Shown: positions 8,985 to 16,647 of the stretch, piece after piece
How positions within the stretch are numbered: position 1 is the first letter of the stretch
How the letters are laid out: each line of letters opens with the position of its first letter
Origin: an uncultured Alphaproteobacteria bacterium
GTDB lineage: Bacteria > Pseudomonadota > Alphaproteobacteria > Rs-D84
Assembly: GCA_947175875.1 (NCBI GenBank)
Contig: CAMWON010000003.1
Span: 72,746 to 136,745, forward strand
Direction: 5' to 3'
Length of the DNA stretch: 64,000 nucleotides
The notes under the pieces: generated by a model
The model's database searches: none
What the model saw: the letters and a program-made list of their open reading frames with translations, nothing else
Told to the model about the DNA's origin: nothing
Position numbers and translations under genes: made by a program

Positions 8985-9130
8985 ACGACGAAAAACAAAA
9001 CTCCTGAACCGCGGGTCAGGAGGGCACGCGAAATATTCAAATACGCGGCACAATTCATTGGATTGTTCTCAACCTCCTGGCCACCAGATTTTGGTGGTTT
9101 TTTGTTTAACAAAAATCAGGAGATTGAATT
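8985..9130 (+). promoter_or_regulatory. conserved structured 5' leader (copy B)
   Basis: Same architecture as copy A: GACGAAAAACAAAACTCCTGAACCGCGGGTCAGGAGGG ... AACCTCCTGGCCACCAGATTTTGGTGGTTTTTTGTTT ... CAGGAG-N7-ATG. A -10-like TATATT lies just upstream. Confidence 0.55.
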
Positions 9131-9763
9131 ATGAAAAATCTATCAATTATTTCGCTATTGGCGATAATTAGTTGCGGACATGCGCCTGCTGTGGCAAGTT
9201 CCGCGCAATTTTATTGTTCGGACGGCTCGCGTCCCACAACGGGCTCTGGATATGATACATTTTGTGACGAGGCTGTTTTTTATACCTATTTGGGAGATAA
9301 TATTCGATGCGATACGGATGCTGATTGCTTTGACGGTGGAAATGCGAAATACGATTATGACGAACAAGATGTATATTGCTATAAAGGAACCTATGGATAT
9401 GTCAGCAACCGGGAAACATACGGTATTTGCGCCTATAAATACAGAAATGAAGCTGAATGCAAAAGCAATCAATTTTTTGGCTCCTGGTATGCGACCACAT
9501 TGGACAATCCAATCTTGGATAATGTGTGCATGATGTGTCCGGATAATGCGACTTGTGACGGAAAGGATGTAGAGTGTCATGATGGCTATTATTTAACAAA
9601 CACAAATACGCCATATAATCCCATATGCGCCAAGTGTCCCGGTGCTCCAGGCTTAATAGTGCACAGCAATAACGCAATACGCATAGAGGAATGTTACGCC
9701 ACTGGTGGCACAGACAGCAGTGGTACATTTGAATATACCGGTATGTGTACGTATTCGGAATGA
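9131..9763 (+). CDS. secreted cysteine-rich protein (family member, 210 aa)
   Basis: Signal peptide MKNLSIISLLAIISCGHAPAVA. There are 22 Cys. The C-terminus IEECYATGGTDSSGTFEYTGMCTYSE shares the family motif. Confidence 0.65.
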   Translation: MKNLSIISLLAIISCGHAPAVASSAQFYCSDGSRPTTGSGYDTFCDEAVFYTYLGDNIRCDTDADCFDGGNAKYDYDEQDVYCYKGTYGYVSNRETYGICAYKYRNEAECKSNQFFGSWYATTLDNPILDNVCMMCPDNATCDGKDVECHDGYYLTNTNTPYNPICAKCPGAPGLIVHSNNAIRIEECYATGGTDSSGTFEYTGMCTYSE

Positions 9764-9772
9764 TTGTCGTAT

Positions 9773-11299
9773 TTATTTTATGCCGAATTTCCCGCGGCCG
9801 ATTTGGCGATATGACAATGCCTCGGCCAGGTCGGAAATTTCAACATTATCGGCCGCGCGCAAATCCGCAATGGTTCGCGCAATGCGTTTTATTCGGTTGT
9901 ATCCGCGCGCCGACATGCCCATCTTTTCGGCGGCCGCGTTTAAAAAGTCCGTCGCGTCCCGGGTCATGCCGACCGCCGCATCCAGTTCCGGCCCGTCCAG
10001 ATATGCGTTGATTTTACCCTGGCGCGTAATCTGGCGGTTGCGTGCGGCAATAACGCGCGCGCGTATGGTGGCGCTGTCCTCGCCCGGTGCATCATCCGCC
10101 GCGCGCTGCATTTCCCACGGATTTACCGCATCGACATCAACGTGCAAATCAATTCTGTCCAGCAGTGGCCCCGATATCTTGTTCTGATACGCCTCGGCGC
10201 ATCTGGGGGCGCGACTGCACGCCATGGCGGCATTACCCAGATGACCGCACGGACACGGATTCATCGCCGCAATTAACTGAAATCGCGCCGGATATGTCGC
10301 GTTGCGGCGTGCGCGTGAAATCATTATTTGACCGGACTCCATCGGCTGGCGCAGGATTTCCAGTGTCGCCCGATTAAACTCCGGCAATTCGTCCAAAAAC
10401 AATACCCCGTTATGTGCCAGTGATATTTCGCCCGGTCGCGCGTCGCCGCTGCCCCCGGCCAGGGCGACCGCACTGGCTGTGTGGTGAACGGCGCGAAACG
10501 GGCGCGTGCGAACCAGCCCCTTGTCGCCCAGCTGCCCGGCAATGGAATATATGGCCGATGTCTCCAGTACCTCGTCCGCGGTCATTTCAGGCAATATCGT
10601 CGCCAGTCGCGACGCCAGCATTGTCTTACCCGACCCCGGCGGCCCAATCATCAGCATTGCGTGCCCGCCCGCCGCGGCGATTTCCAGCGCGCGTTTCGCG
10701 GCCGCCTGGCCGTGAACGTCACGTATGTCCAGTTTTTGTACACCGACCGATGATGATATGTCCGGCATTTCCGGCGCCACCAATGGCGCCTGCCCGTTAA
10801 AATGATGCACCAGTTCCAGTACATGCTGCGGTGCCAGTATGTCCCGATTCCCGGCCAGCGCCCCCTCGGCCCCGCACTCCGCCGGACATATCAGCCCCAG
10901 ACCGTTTTTCGCCGCCCAAACACCGGCGGGCAGGGCGCCATCCGTCCGGACGATTGCGCCGTTTAGTCCAACCTCGCCCATAATCAGGTATTTGGACAGT
11001 TTTTCTTCGGGTAATACGCCGATGGCGCACATAATCGCGCACAGTATCGGCAAATCAAAATGCGCGCCGGATTTTTCCACGTCGGCCGGCGACAGGTTCA
11101 CCGTCAACTTTTTCGGCGGCAGGCTCAGATTCAGCGCCGCCAGTGCATTGCTGACGCGTTCGGCGGATTCTTTGACGGCCCGGTCGGCCAGTCCTATTAT
11201 TTTAAATTCCGGCTTGGCAAGTCCGGCGGACAGTTGCACCTGAACATCAATACGGGTTATGTCCATGCCGTTGAATATAATGGAATTTAAAGAAATCAT
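9773..11299 (-). CDS. comM: YifB/ComM family Mg-chelatase-like AAA+ ATPase
   Basis: Walker A GPPGSGKT. ComM-type N-terminal domain (MISLNSIIFNGMDITRIDVQV) and a C-terminal Mg-chelatase ChlI-like region. Confidence 0.85.
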   Translation of the reverse strand: MISLNSIIFNGMDITRIDVQVQLSAGLAKPEFKIIGLADRAVKESAERVSNALAALNLSLPPKKLTVNLSPADVEKSGAHFDLPILCAIMCAIGVLPEEKLSKYLIMGEVGLNGAIVRTDGALPAGVWAAKNGLGLICPAECGAEGALAGNRDILAPQHVLELVHHFNGQAPLVAPEMPDISSSVGVQKLDIRDVHGQAAAKRALEIAAAGGHAMLMIGPPGSGKTMLASRLATILPEMTADEVLETSAIYSIAGQLGDKGLVRTRPFRAVHHTASAVALAGGSGDARPGEISLAHNGVLFLDELPEFNRATLEILRQPMESGQIMISRARRNATYPARFQLIAAMNPCPCGHLGNAAMACSRAPRCAEAYQNKISGPLLDRIDLHVDVDAVNPWEMQRAADDAPGEDSATIRARVIAARNRQITRQGKINAYLDGPELDAAVGMTRDATDFLNAAAEKMGMSARGYNRIKRIARTIADLRAADNVEISDLAEALSYRQIGRGKFGIK

Positions 11300-11372
11300 A
11301 TTTGCATATTATAGCTTGCGCAATTTTAATTCAAGTTCTAAAATACCGGCAAAACCAAAGGACGGAAAAAGT

Positions 11373-12248
11373 ATGCCAAAGAATAAAAATGTTGCGCGCG
11401 AATGGTTTAATACACTGTTCTATGGCGCGCTGATTGCGATTGTTTTCAGAAGTTTTTTGTTGGAACCGTTTAACATTCCGTCCGGGTCGATGATACCGAC
11501 GCTGCATATCGGCGACCATATATTTGTTGAAAAGTGGTCGTACGGTTATTCACGTTATTCTTTCCCGTTCGGGTCGTGGAAAATGTGGAATGGACGCTTT
11601 TTTGCAAAGGAGCCCAAAATGGGCGACGTTATCGTATTCCGTAATCCTATTAATGAATCACAGGATTATGTTAAGCGCCTAATTGGTCTGCCGGGCGACA
11701 CGGTTCAGATGATTGACGGCCGCCTGTATATAAACGGCCAAATTGTACCGCGCGACAATCCGCGCCCGTATATCGTCGCCGTATTGCCGAAATCGCTGCG
11801 CAGCGTCGGCTATTACGAAGAAAACATGGCTATAAAGGGCAATCGTATCTGGATTGATAACGAACCTGCGCCGTTTAATTATACGATTGAATATAAATCC
11901 GACCGCTATTGCAAAACATATGCGGGGGCATGTGGCGTGGCGCGTGTGACGGAATATACCGAAACCCTGCCGAACGGTGTGGCGCACAGTATCATTGAAT
12001 ACGCCGACAACGCAATGTTTGACAACACGCCGGCATACACGGTCCCGGACGGCCATCTGTTCTTTATGGGCGACAACCGCGACAACAGCGGCGACAGCCG
12101 CGCCGACATCGGCTTTGTCTCGCGCGATTATGTATTGGGCAAGGTATGGTTTGTCTGGTATTCGCACAATTATTATTCGCCGATGCTGGCAATCTGGAAC
12201 TGGGGCAACAAGATGCGCTGGTCCCGTTTCGGAATGGGGATTAAATAA
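11373..12248 (+). CDS. lepB: signal peptidase I
   Basis: Catalytic Ser region PSGSMIPTL and the conserved GDNRDNSGDSR box are present. The start is set at the ATG at 11373 (GGA RBS), which avoids overlap with comM. Confidence 0.85.
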   Translation: MPKNKNVAREWFNTLFYGALIAIVFRSFLLEPFNIPSGSMIPTLHIGDHIFVEKWSYGYSRYSFPFGSWKMWNGRFFAKEPKMGDVIVFRNPINESQDYVKRLIGLPGDTVQMIDGRLYINGQIVPRDNPRPYIVAVLPKSLRSVGYYEENMAIKGNRIWIDNEPAPFNYTIEYKSDRYCKTYAGACGVARVTEYTETLPNGVAHSIIEYADNAMFDNTPAYTVPDGHLFFMGDNRDNSGDSRADIGFVSRDYVLGKVWFVWYSHNYYSPMLAIWNWGNKMRWSRFGMGIK

Positions 12249-12250
12249 GT

Positions 12251-12883
12251 ATGGAAAAACTGAACTATAAATTTAAAAATCCGGCACTGTTGGAATTGGC
12301 ATTGACGCAAAGCGGCGTTGACGCTGCCCGCAATAACGAGCGCTTGGAATTCGTCGGCGACCGCGTGCTGGGCTTAACCGTGGCGGCAATGCTGTACGAT
12401 ATGTTCCCGTCTGAGGCCGAAGGCGAACTTGCCCGCCGGCATGCCATGCTGGTATCGACCGAAACACTGGCCGATGTCGCGATTGAAATAGGGCTGGACC
12501 GCCGTGTTCGTCATGGTCATATGACGGCCGGGCGCATGCGTCATGTATGGGCCAACGCGATGGAGGCTGTATTCGGCGCAATATTTATCGACGGCGGATT
12601 TGACGCGGCCCGCGACGTGATAATGCAGCTTTGGCGCGATATTGCGTCGCGTGATGTCGTCGCGCCAAAGGACGCAAAAAGCGCACTTCAGGAATTGGTC
12701 CAAAAACGCGCCTCGGGCGGTCTGCCGGAATATGAATATACCGCCCCTGCCGGCTCATCGCACAATCCGGTCTTTACCGTGCGTGTGACGGCCCTTGGGG
12801 CGTGTGCGACGGCCACCGGCGCGTCCAAGAAAGAGGCCTCGACCGCCGCCGCGGCCGAATTGTTGAAAATTCTTGCAATTTAA
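12251..12883 (+). CDS. rnc: ribonuclease III
   Basis: RNase III signature ERLEFVGDRVLGL and a C-terminal dsRBD. Gene order is lepB-rnc. Confidence 0.85.
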   Translation: MEKLNYKFKNPALLELALTQSGVDAARNNERLEFVGDRVLGLTVAAMLYDMFPSEAEGELARRHAMLVSTETLADVAIEIGLDRRVRHGHMTAGRMRHVWANAMEAVFGAIFIDGGFDAARDVIMQLWRDIASRDVVAPKDAKSALQELVQKRASGGLPEYEYTAPAGSSHNPVFTVRVTALGACATATGASKKEASTAAAAELLKILAI

Positions 12884-12925
12884 GGGCGTGCGCGTTAAAA
12901 TCGACCCATAATCAAAGGAAAATAT

Positions 12926-13249
12926 ATGTTCACAATTTTACTTGTTTGCTTAATTATCGTTGCTGTTTTAATGACGGGAATCATCTTGTTGCAAAAGTCT
13001 GAGGGCAGTGGAATGTCCGGTTCTTCCGCGGCGTCCATGTTTGGTGGCGCACTGACCGGTGCGGCGGCGGGTAATTTCTTGACCAAGATAACCGCATGGC
13101 TGGCGACATTGTTCTTTATTTTGTGCGCGGCGCTGGCATTGGTGTCTGCAAAATCGGATATGGCCTCGCGTCAAAGCGACCTGCGCCAGGAAATTTTGAT
13201 TCAGGAAAGCGCGGACGCGGCATCCGTTCCGGCCCCGGCGGCGGAATAA
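12926..13249 (+). CDS. secG: preprotein translocase subunit SecG
   Basis: Two TM helices with the SecG-typical LLQKSEGSGMSG...FGG segment. Confidence 0.8.
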   Translation: MFTILLVCLIIVAVLMTGIILLQKSEGSGMSGSSAASMFGGALTGAAAGNFLTKITAWLATLFFILCAALALVSAKSDMASRQSDLRQEILIQESADAASVPAPAAE

Positions 13250-13266
13250 TAAAACGCTGTGAAATT

Positions 13267-13292
13267 TAAATCCCGCATCTGCGGGATTTTTT
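13267..13292. terminator. bidirectional intrinsic terminator AAATCCCGCATCTGCGGGATTTTTT
   Basis: GC hairpin with a flanking A-run and T-run, between secG (+) and the convergent cysteine-rich gene (-). Confidence 0.6.
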
Positions 13293-13863
13293 AATTTTTG
13301 TAATAGCAGTTTCCGCCGACAATTGTGCCGCTGCCCGTGCTGTCAGAAAAACTGCTGCCCGATGGCAGATAACACGATGTTATCGATGTTGCGCCGGCAG
13401 ATGCGGTTGTGCCGTACGTGCCGCCTGATGCCGGGCATCTGGTGCATCCGCTGGTGCCGTTTGTTGATGTGCCATAATATCCCTTGGCGCATCGGTATTT
13501 TTTTGTCGCGTCGCATGCCGACCCGCATTGAACGCTGTACTCATAACCTGTATTGCCGGCGGTCCACGCCACATCTTTGCAATTATTGCTGCATACGCAT
13601 TCCGTGCCGGATATGTTTGTACATGTTCCTGCTCTAACTTGTTTCAGGGTGCGATTCCCGGAACATTTGGTGCACCAATAAACATTGCTGGTCGTTATGC
13701 TTTCCACGTAATAGCATCCGCCATTATGGCCGGCTATGCAATAATCATAACTGCCAATCGTATTGGAACCGTTGGTGCATCCGGTACGTGTCTCGCATAC
13801 CGCGGCGAATACATTTACTGGCATGCAGATAAATGCAATTATTGGTAAAATTATGTTTTTCAT
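13291..13863 (-). CDS. secreted cysteine-rich protein (family member)
   Basis: The start at MKNIILPIIAFICMPVNVFAA is a signal peptide. There are 23 Cys. The C-terminus SCYLPSGSSFSDSTGSGTIVGGNCYYKN shares the family motif. It is preceded by leader copy C. Confidence 0.65.
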   Translation of the reverse strand: MKNIILPIIAFICMPVNVFAAVCETRTGCTNGSNTIGSYDYCIAGHNGGCYYVESITTSNVYWCTKCSGNRTLKQVRAGTCTNISGTECVCSNNCKDVAWTAGNTGYEYSVQCGSACDATKKYRCAKGYYGTSTNGTSGCTRCPASGGTYGTTASAGATSITSCYLPSGSSFSDSTGSGTIVGGNCYYKN

Positions 13864-14008
13864 TCGTTCGTTCTCCTGTTGTTTTTCGAAATGAAAAACC
13901 ACCCAAAATTTGAGTGGCCAGGAGGTTCAGAACAATCTCAAGAATTGTGTGCTTATTCAATATATTCGCAACCCTCCTGACCTGCGGTTCAGGAGTTTAT
14001 TTTTCGTC
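13864..14008 (-). promoter_or_regulatory. conserved structured 5' leader (copy C)
   Basis: Same element as copies A and B. The hairpins are CTCCTGAACCGCAGGTCAGGAG and CCACTCAAATTTTGGGTGG plus T-run, then CCTCCTGGCC. The RBS CAGGAG lies 11 nt before the ATG. Confidence 0.55.
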
Positions 14009-14140
14009 CGAATATTAAAAATGGCGCTGTGCGCCCAATATTATATTCCTTGACGCTTGAGCAGAGGTTCTGACACCCCATCGGCGAAACACCCGCCGAC
14101 AAATAAATTATATATCACGCCATGCGCAAAAACAAGAAAT

Positions 14141-14168
14141 AAAAAATCGCCCGTTTGGGCGATTTTTT
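14141..14168. terminator. intrinsic terminator AAAAAATCGCCCGTTTGGGCGATTTTTT
   Basis: Hairpin plus T-run located 3' of the small minus-strand membrane-protein gene. Confidence 0.5.
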
Positions 14169-14397
14169 ATTTCTTTTTGGAAACACGTTTCGGCGCCGGC
14201 TTCGGTGCGTTGTCCGCCTTGAACTGCTTGTACAGCATTTCGATACACGCATATCCGATTAACGCGGAACCTGCCGTAATCAGACCGCGCAGCAATCCGC
14301 CGGAAAATATCGCGAACAAGATAATCGCCGCAACCAATACAACAGTATAGCCAATATTTTTTGCCAATACGTTCAATATTTTTTCAAATGTTTTCAT
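14167..14397 (-). CDS. small membrane protein (~76 aa, two TM helices)
   Basis: The internal start MKTFEKILNVLAKNIGYTVVLVAAIILFAIF... is used. The upstream part of the ORF reads through a non-coding region. Confidence 0.45.
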   Translation of the reverse strand: MKTFEKILNVLAKNIGYTVVLVAAIILFAIFSGGLLRGLITAGSALIGYACIEMLYKQFKADNAPKPAPKRVSKKK

Positions 14398-14510
14398 TTT
14401 GTTTTTTTCCTTCGTTTGGATAACCGCATTATATTGAATTGATAATATTTGCGCAAGAGAAAAACCGGGGTCGCATCGCGACCCCGGCGGGGGAAAAGAC
14501 ATGTGTTGTT

Positions 14511-15263
14511 TTACAGTATTACCTGGCCGCCCAGTCGTGCGGTGCGCGGAATCGGACCGAACGATGAACGCGGTGATACGTAAATGTTTCCTGTGACGGT
14601 AAAGTCGCCGCAAAACTGCAACATTTCAACGTCACGCAGGAACAGATTGCCGCGCACGACCGTGCCGCACGGCAGCGTATATTTGCGCATGTTCTGCAGA
14701 TACAGGTTTCCGTTGACCTGTACTCCGTCGGCCAGAACCGGGCTGCCGCCGCGGCGGTCGATGATGACGTCGCCGTTCAGCTGGCGCGGTGCCGCCGCAC
14801 GTTCACAGTCGCTGTGTGCGACCGTGATTGTGCGTGATACATATTTGCGTGTTTTTACGTCGCGTTTCAGCGGCAGTGTCGGCCGCTCTGCGCGAACGCT
14901 GCGCGGGGCCGCCTCGTCTGTCATTGTTACTTGGGGCTTTTCCGGAACAACGGCGATTGCCGGCGCGTCTGCAACAATCACAACCGATTTTTTATTGCAA
15001 CCGACAATGTCGATAATCAGCATGGAAAACAGTACGATAATCGCAATCAACAGCGTTAAATTTACCAAACCGATTAAATCAATGCTGCGAATCCACGCCC
15101 ACAGACGACGCATTACATTCGCAATCATGCGAAAGGGCCAGCAAACAATATTGCGTACGCGCCCCCAGAATGTGTTGGTCTTGCGCTTTGCGCGTGTGGA
15201 TTTGCGTGCTTTCTTGTGTTCCACGCGGCGTGCGGCGATTTTTAACTTTAATTCTTTGAACAT
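14511..15263 (-). CDS. hypothetical membrane-anchored protein (250 aa)
   Basis: Basic N-terminus, one TM helix (LIGLVNLTLLIAIIVLFSMLIIDIV), and a C-terminal region with repeated GN(L/I)(Y/F)L motifs suggestive of a beta-helix. Confidence 0.5.
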   Translation of the reverse strand: MFKELKLKIAARRVEHKKARKSTRAKRKTNTFWGRVRNIVCWPFRMIANVMRRLWAWIRSIDLIGLVNLTLLIAIIVLFSMLIIDIVGCNKKSVVIVADAPAIAVVPEKPQVTMTDEAAPRSVRAERPTLPLKRDVKTRKYVSRTITVAHSDCERAAAPRQLNGDVIIDRRGGSPVLADGVQVNGNLYLQNMRKYTLPCGTVVRGNLFLRDVEMLQFCGDFTVTGNIYVSPRSSFGPIPRTARLGGQVIL

Positions 15264-15353
15264 ATCTGCCCCTTAATTTGTGTTTATGAGAACATAATAG
15301 CCCAAAAAGAATATTTGTCAATATATTTTGTCAAAAAAATATTTGGTCCAACT

Positions 15354-15836
15354 TTAGGCGCCGTTTTGTTCCAGCCGCAACAGCGTTTCTTTCGCCGTCA
15401 GTCCGCCGGCATAGCCGGTCAGCGCCCCATTCGTCCCAATTACGCGATGGCATGGGATTATTATGGATATCGGATTTCGCCCGATGGCGCCGCCAACCGC
15501 CCGCGGCGCGGAATGCAGTTTGGCGGCAATATCGCCGTATGTCATGACGCACCCGTATGGTATGTGGCGCAGCGCGTCCCAAACGCGGCGTTGAAAATCG
15601 GTTCCGCGTGGACGCAGGGGCGGGCAGGCCACCATTGGCATCGCCCCCGCGAAATATTCATCAAGCCATGCGCGCGCCGCGTCAAATACGGGCTGTGTGT
15701 CATCGATATGGCGCATGTCCGCGGCCCCGGCGGCATAGTATTTTTGATTTTCAATCCACAGTCCTGTCAGTGCCGTCCCATCGCATTCCAACAGCAATCG
15801 CCCCACGGGTGAATCATAATATGTATAATAATGCAT
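15354..15836 (-). CDS. ogt: methylated-DNA--protein-cysteine S-methyltransferase
   Basis: Active-site motif IIPCHRVIG and a C-terminal DNA-binding HTH of the Ogt family. Confidence 0.8.
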   Translation of the reverse strand: MHYYTYYDSPVGRLLLECDGTALTGLWIENQKYYAAGAADMRHIDDTQPVFDAARAWLDEYFAGAMPMVACPPLRPRGTDFQRRVWDALRHIPYGCVMTYGDIAAKLHSAPRAVGGAIGRNPISIIIPCHRVIGTNGALTGYAGGLTAKETLLRLEQNGA

Positions 15837-15907
15837 ATGATAATCTGTAATAAAAAGCCCGGCACAAGTCCAGGCTTTTTATAAGAGCTTTTTCAATATT
15901 TATACGC

Positions 15908-16483
15908 ATGCTAATTTTGCTTTTGCCACAAATCTTAAAAAGTGATAACATGTCACTTATGCATATTCCAGCAGAAGAAATTCTTAATTTTCACACACGC
16001 AGAACCCAGTGTCACATTGACTGCTTGAATTATTTTGCCTCGCTTCTGGGGTATCATTTCCCGGAACATGACAACGATAAAAATCATGACCCAATACGTA
16101 TCGGATACGCGTATGGAAATTATGTGACGTACCATCCTGGCTGTATGATGCCGGCGGCGGCACTGGATGCGTTCAAGGCGGCCAAGGCCGAACACCACCG
16201 CAATGCGCCGCACCATGTTGAGCATTATGCCCGCATATCCGATATACCGAAAATCCGTTTGGCGGAAATGATATGCGATTGGCACAGCGCAAATTTTGAG
16301 GAAATCCGCATCCTGCATAATTGCGAGTATTCATCCGTTTCAGATTTCTTTGACCGTATTATGGGCCCGCGTGACTGGACCCCGGCACAGCGTGAATTTG
16401 TGCGTGAAACAATAGAATTTATCGCCGCCAGGGCCGATATGACGCGGGTACAGGAAATTTGGCGGCCGTTAATGCTGCTGTAA
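15908..16483 (+). CDS. hypothetical protein
   Basis: ORF with His-rich segments. The start could alternatively be the ATG at 15950. No known motif was recognised. Confidence 0.4.
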   Translation: MLILLLPQILKSDNMSLMHIPAEEILNFHTRRTQCHIDCLNYFASLLGYHFPEHDNDKNHDPIRIGYAYGNYVTYHPGCMMPAAALDAFKAAKAEHHRNAPHHVEHYARISDIPKIRLAEMICDWHSANFEEIRILHNCEYSSVSDFFDRIMGPRDWTPAQREFVRETIEFIAARADMTRVQEIWRPLMLL

Positions 16484-16534
16484 AGACGCCGCCCCGGTCA
16501 AAATTGCATAAAATATTTTTTTGTAAATTTACAC

Positions 16535-16563
16535 TTGCAATAAGATAAAAACCAGCGTATAAT
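16535..16563 (+). promoter_or_regulatory. sigma70-type promoter of tRNA-Gln
   Basis: TTGCAA, a 17-nt spacer, then TATAAT, ending 11 nt before the tRNA 5' end. Confidence 0.55.
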
Positions 16564-16573
16564 CCACGACGCT

Positions 16574-16647
16574 TGGGGCATAGTTTAACGGTAGAACTCC
16601 GGACTCTGACTCCGTCAGTGTTGGTTCGAATCCAGCTGCCCCAACCA
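16574..16647 (+). tRNA. tRNA-Gln (anticodon CTG)
   Basis: Cloverleaf read by hand: 7-bp acceptor stem TGGGGCA/TGCCCCA, anticodon arm CCGGA-CTCTGAC-TCCGT, T-arm GTTGG-TTCGAAT-CCAGC, and a 3' ACCA. Confidence 0.8.

Noticed and set aside
8890-9171. ORFs 8890-9171 and 8934-9134 (93 and 66 aa) spanning the divergent-leader spacer
   Set aside because: They overlap leader copy B. They also run through its hairpins and terminator-like stem and into the start of the Cys-rich gene. No RBS is present, and the conservation pattern is that of RNA structure rather than codons.
10087-11243. Multiple 70-160 aa ORFs on the plus strand inside comM (e.g. 10414-10800, 10839-11243)
   Set aside because: They are Pro/Arg/Ala-rich antisense artefacts of a high-GC coding region. 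The opposite strand carries an intact, motif-rich ComM.
8540-14008. Possibility that the three ~140-nt repeats are MITE/REP-type mobile repeats or a CRISPR-like array
   Set aside because: The copies are not regularly spaced and have no terminal inverted repeats or target-site duplications. Each is in the same orientation and register relative to a paralogous gene (ending in RBS-ATG). This fits duplication together with the genes plus selection on the leader.
16574-16647. tRNA-Gln as a pseudo-tRNA, because of a C27-T43 mismatch at the top of the anticodon stem and the overlap with a CDS
   Set aside because: All other stems are intact. The 27-43 position commonly tolerates non-Watson-Crick pairs. 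A strong TTGCAA-17-TATAAT promoter and ACCA end are present. The overlap is with an integrase, which is expected biology.
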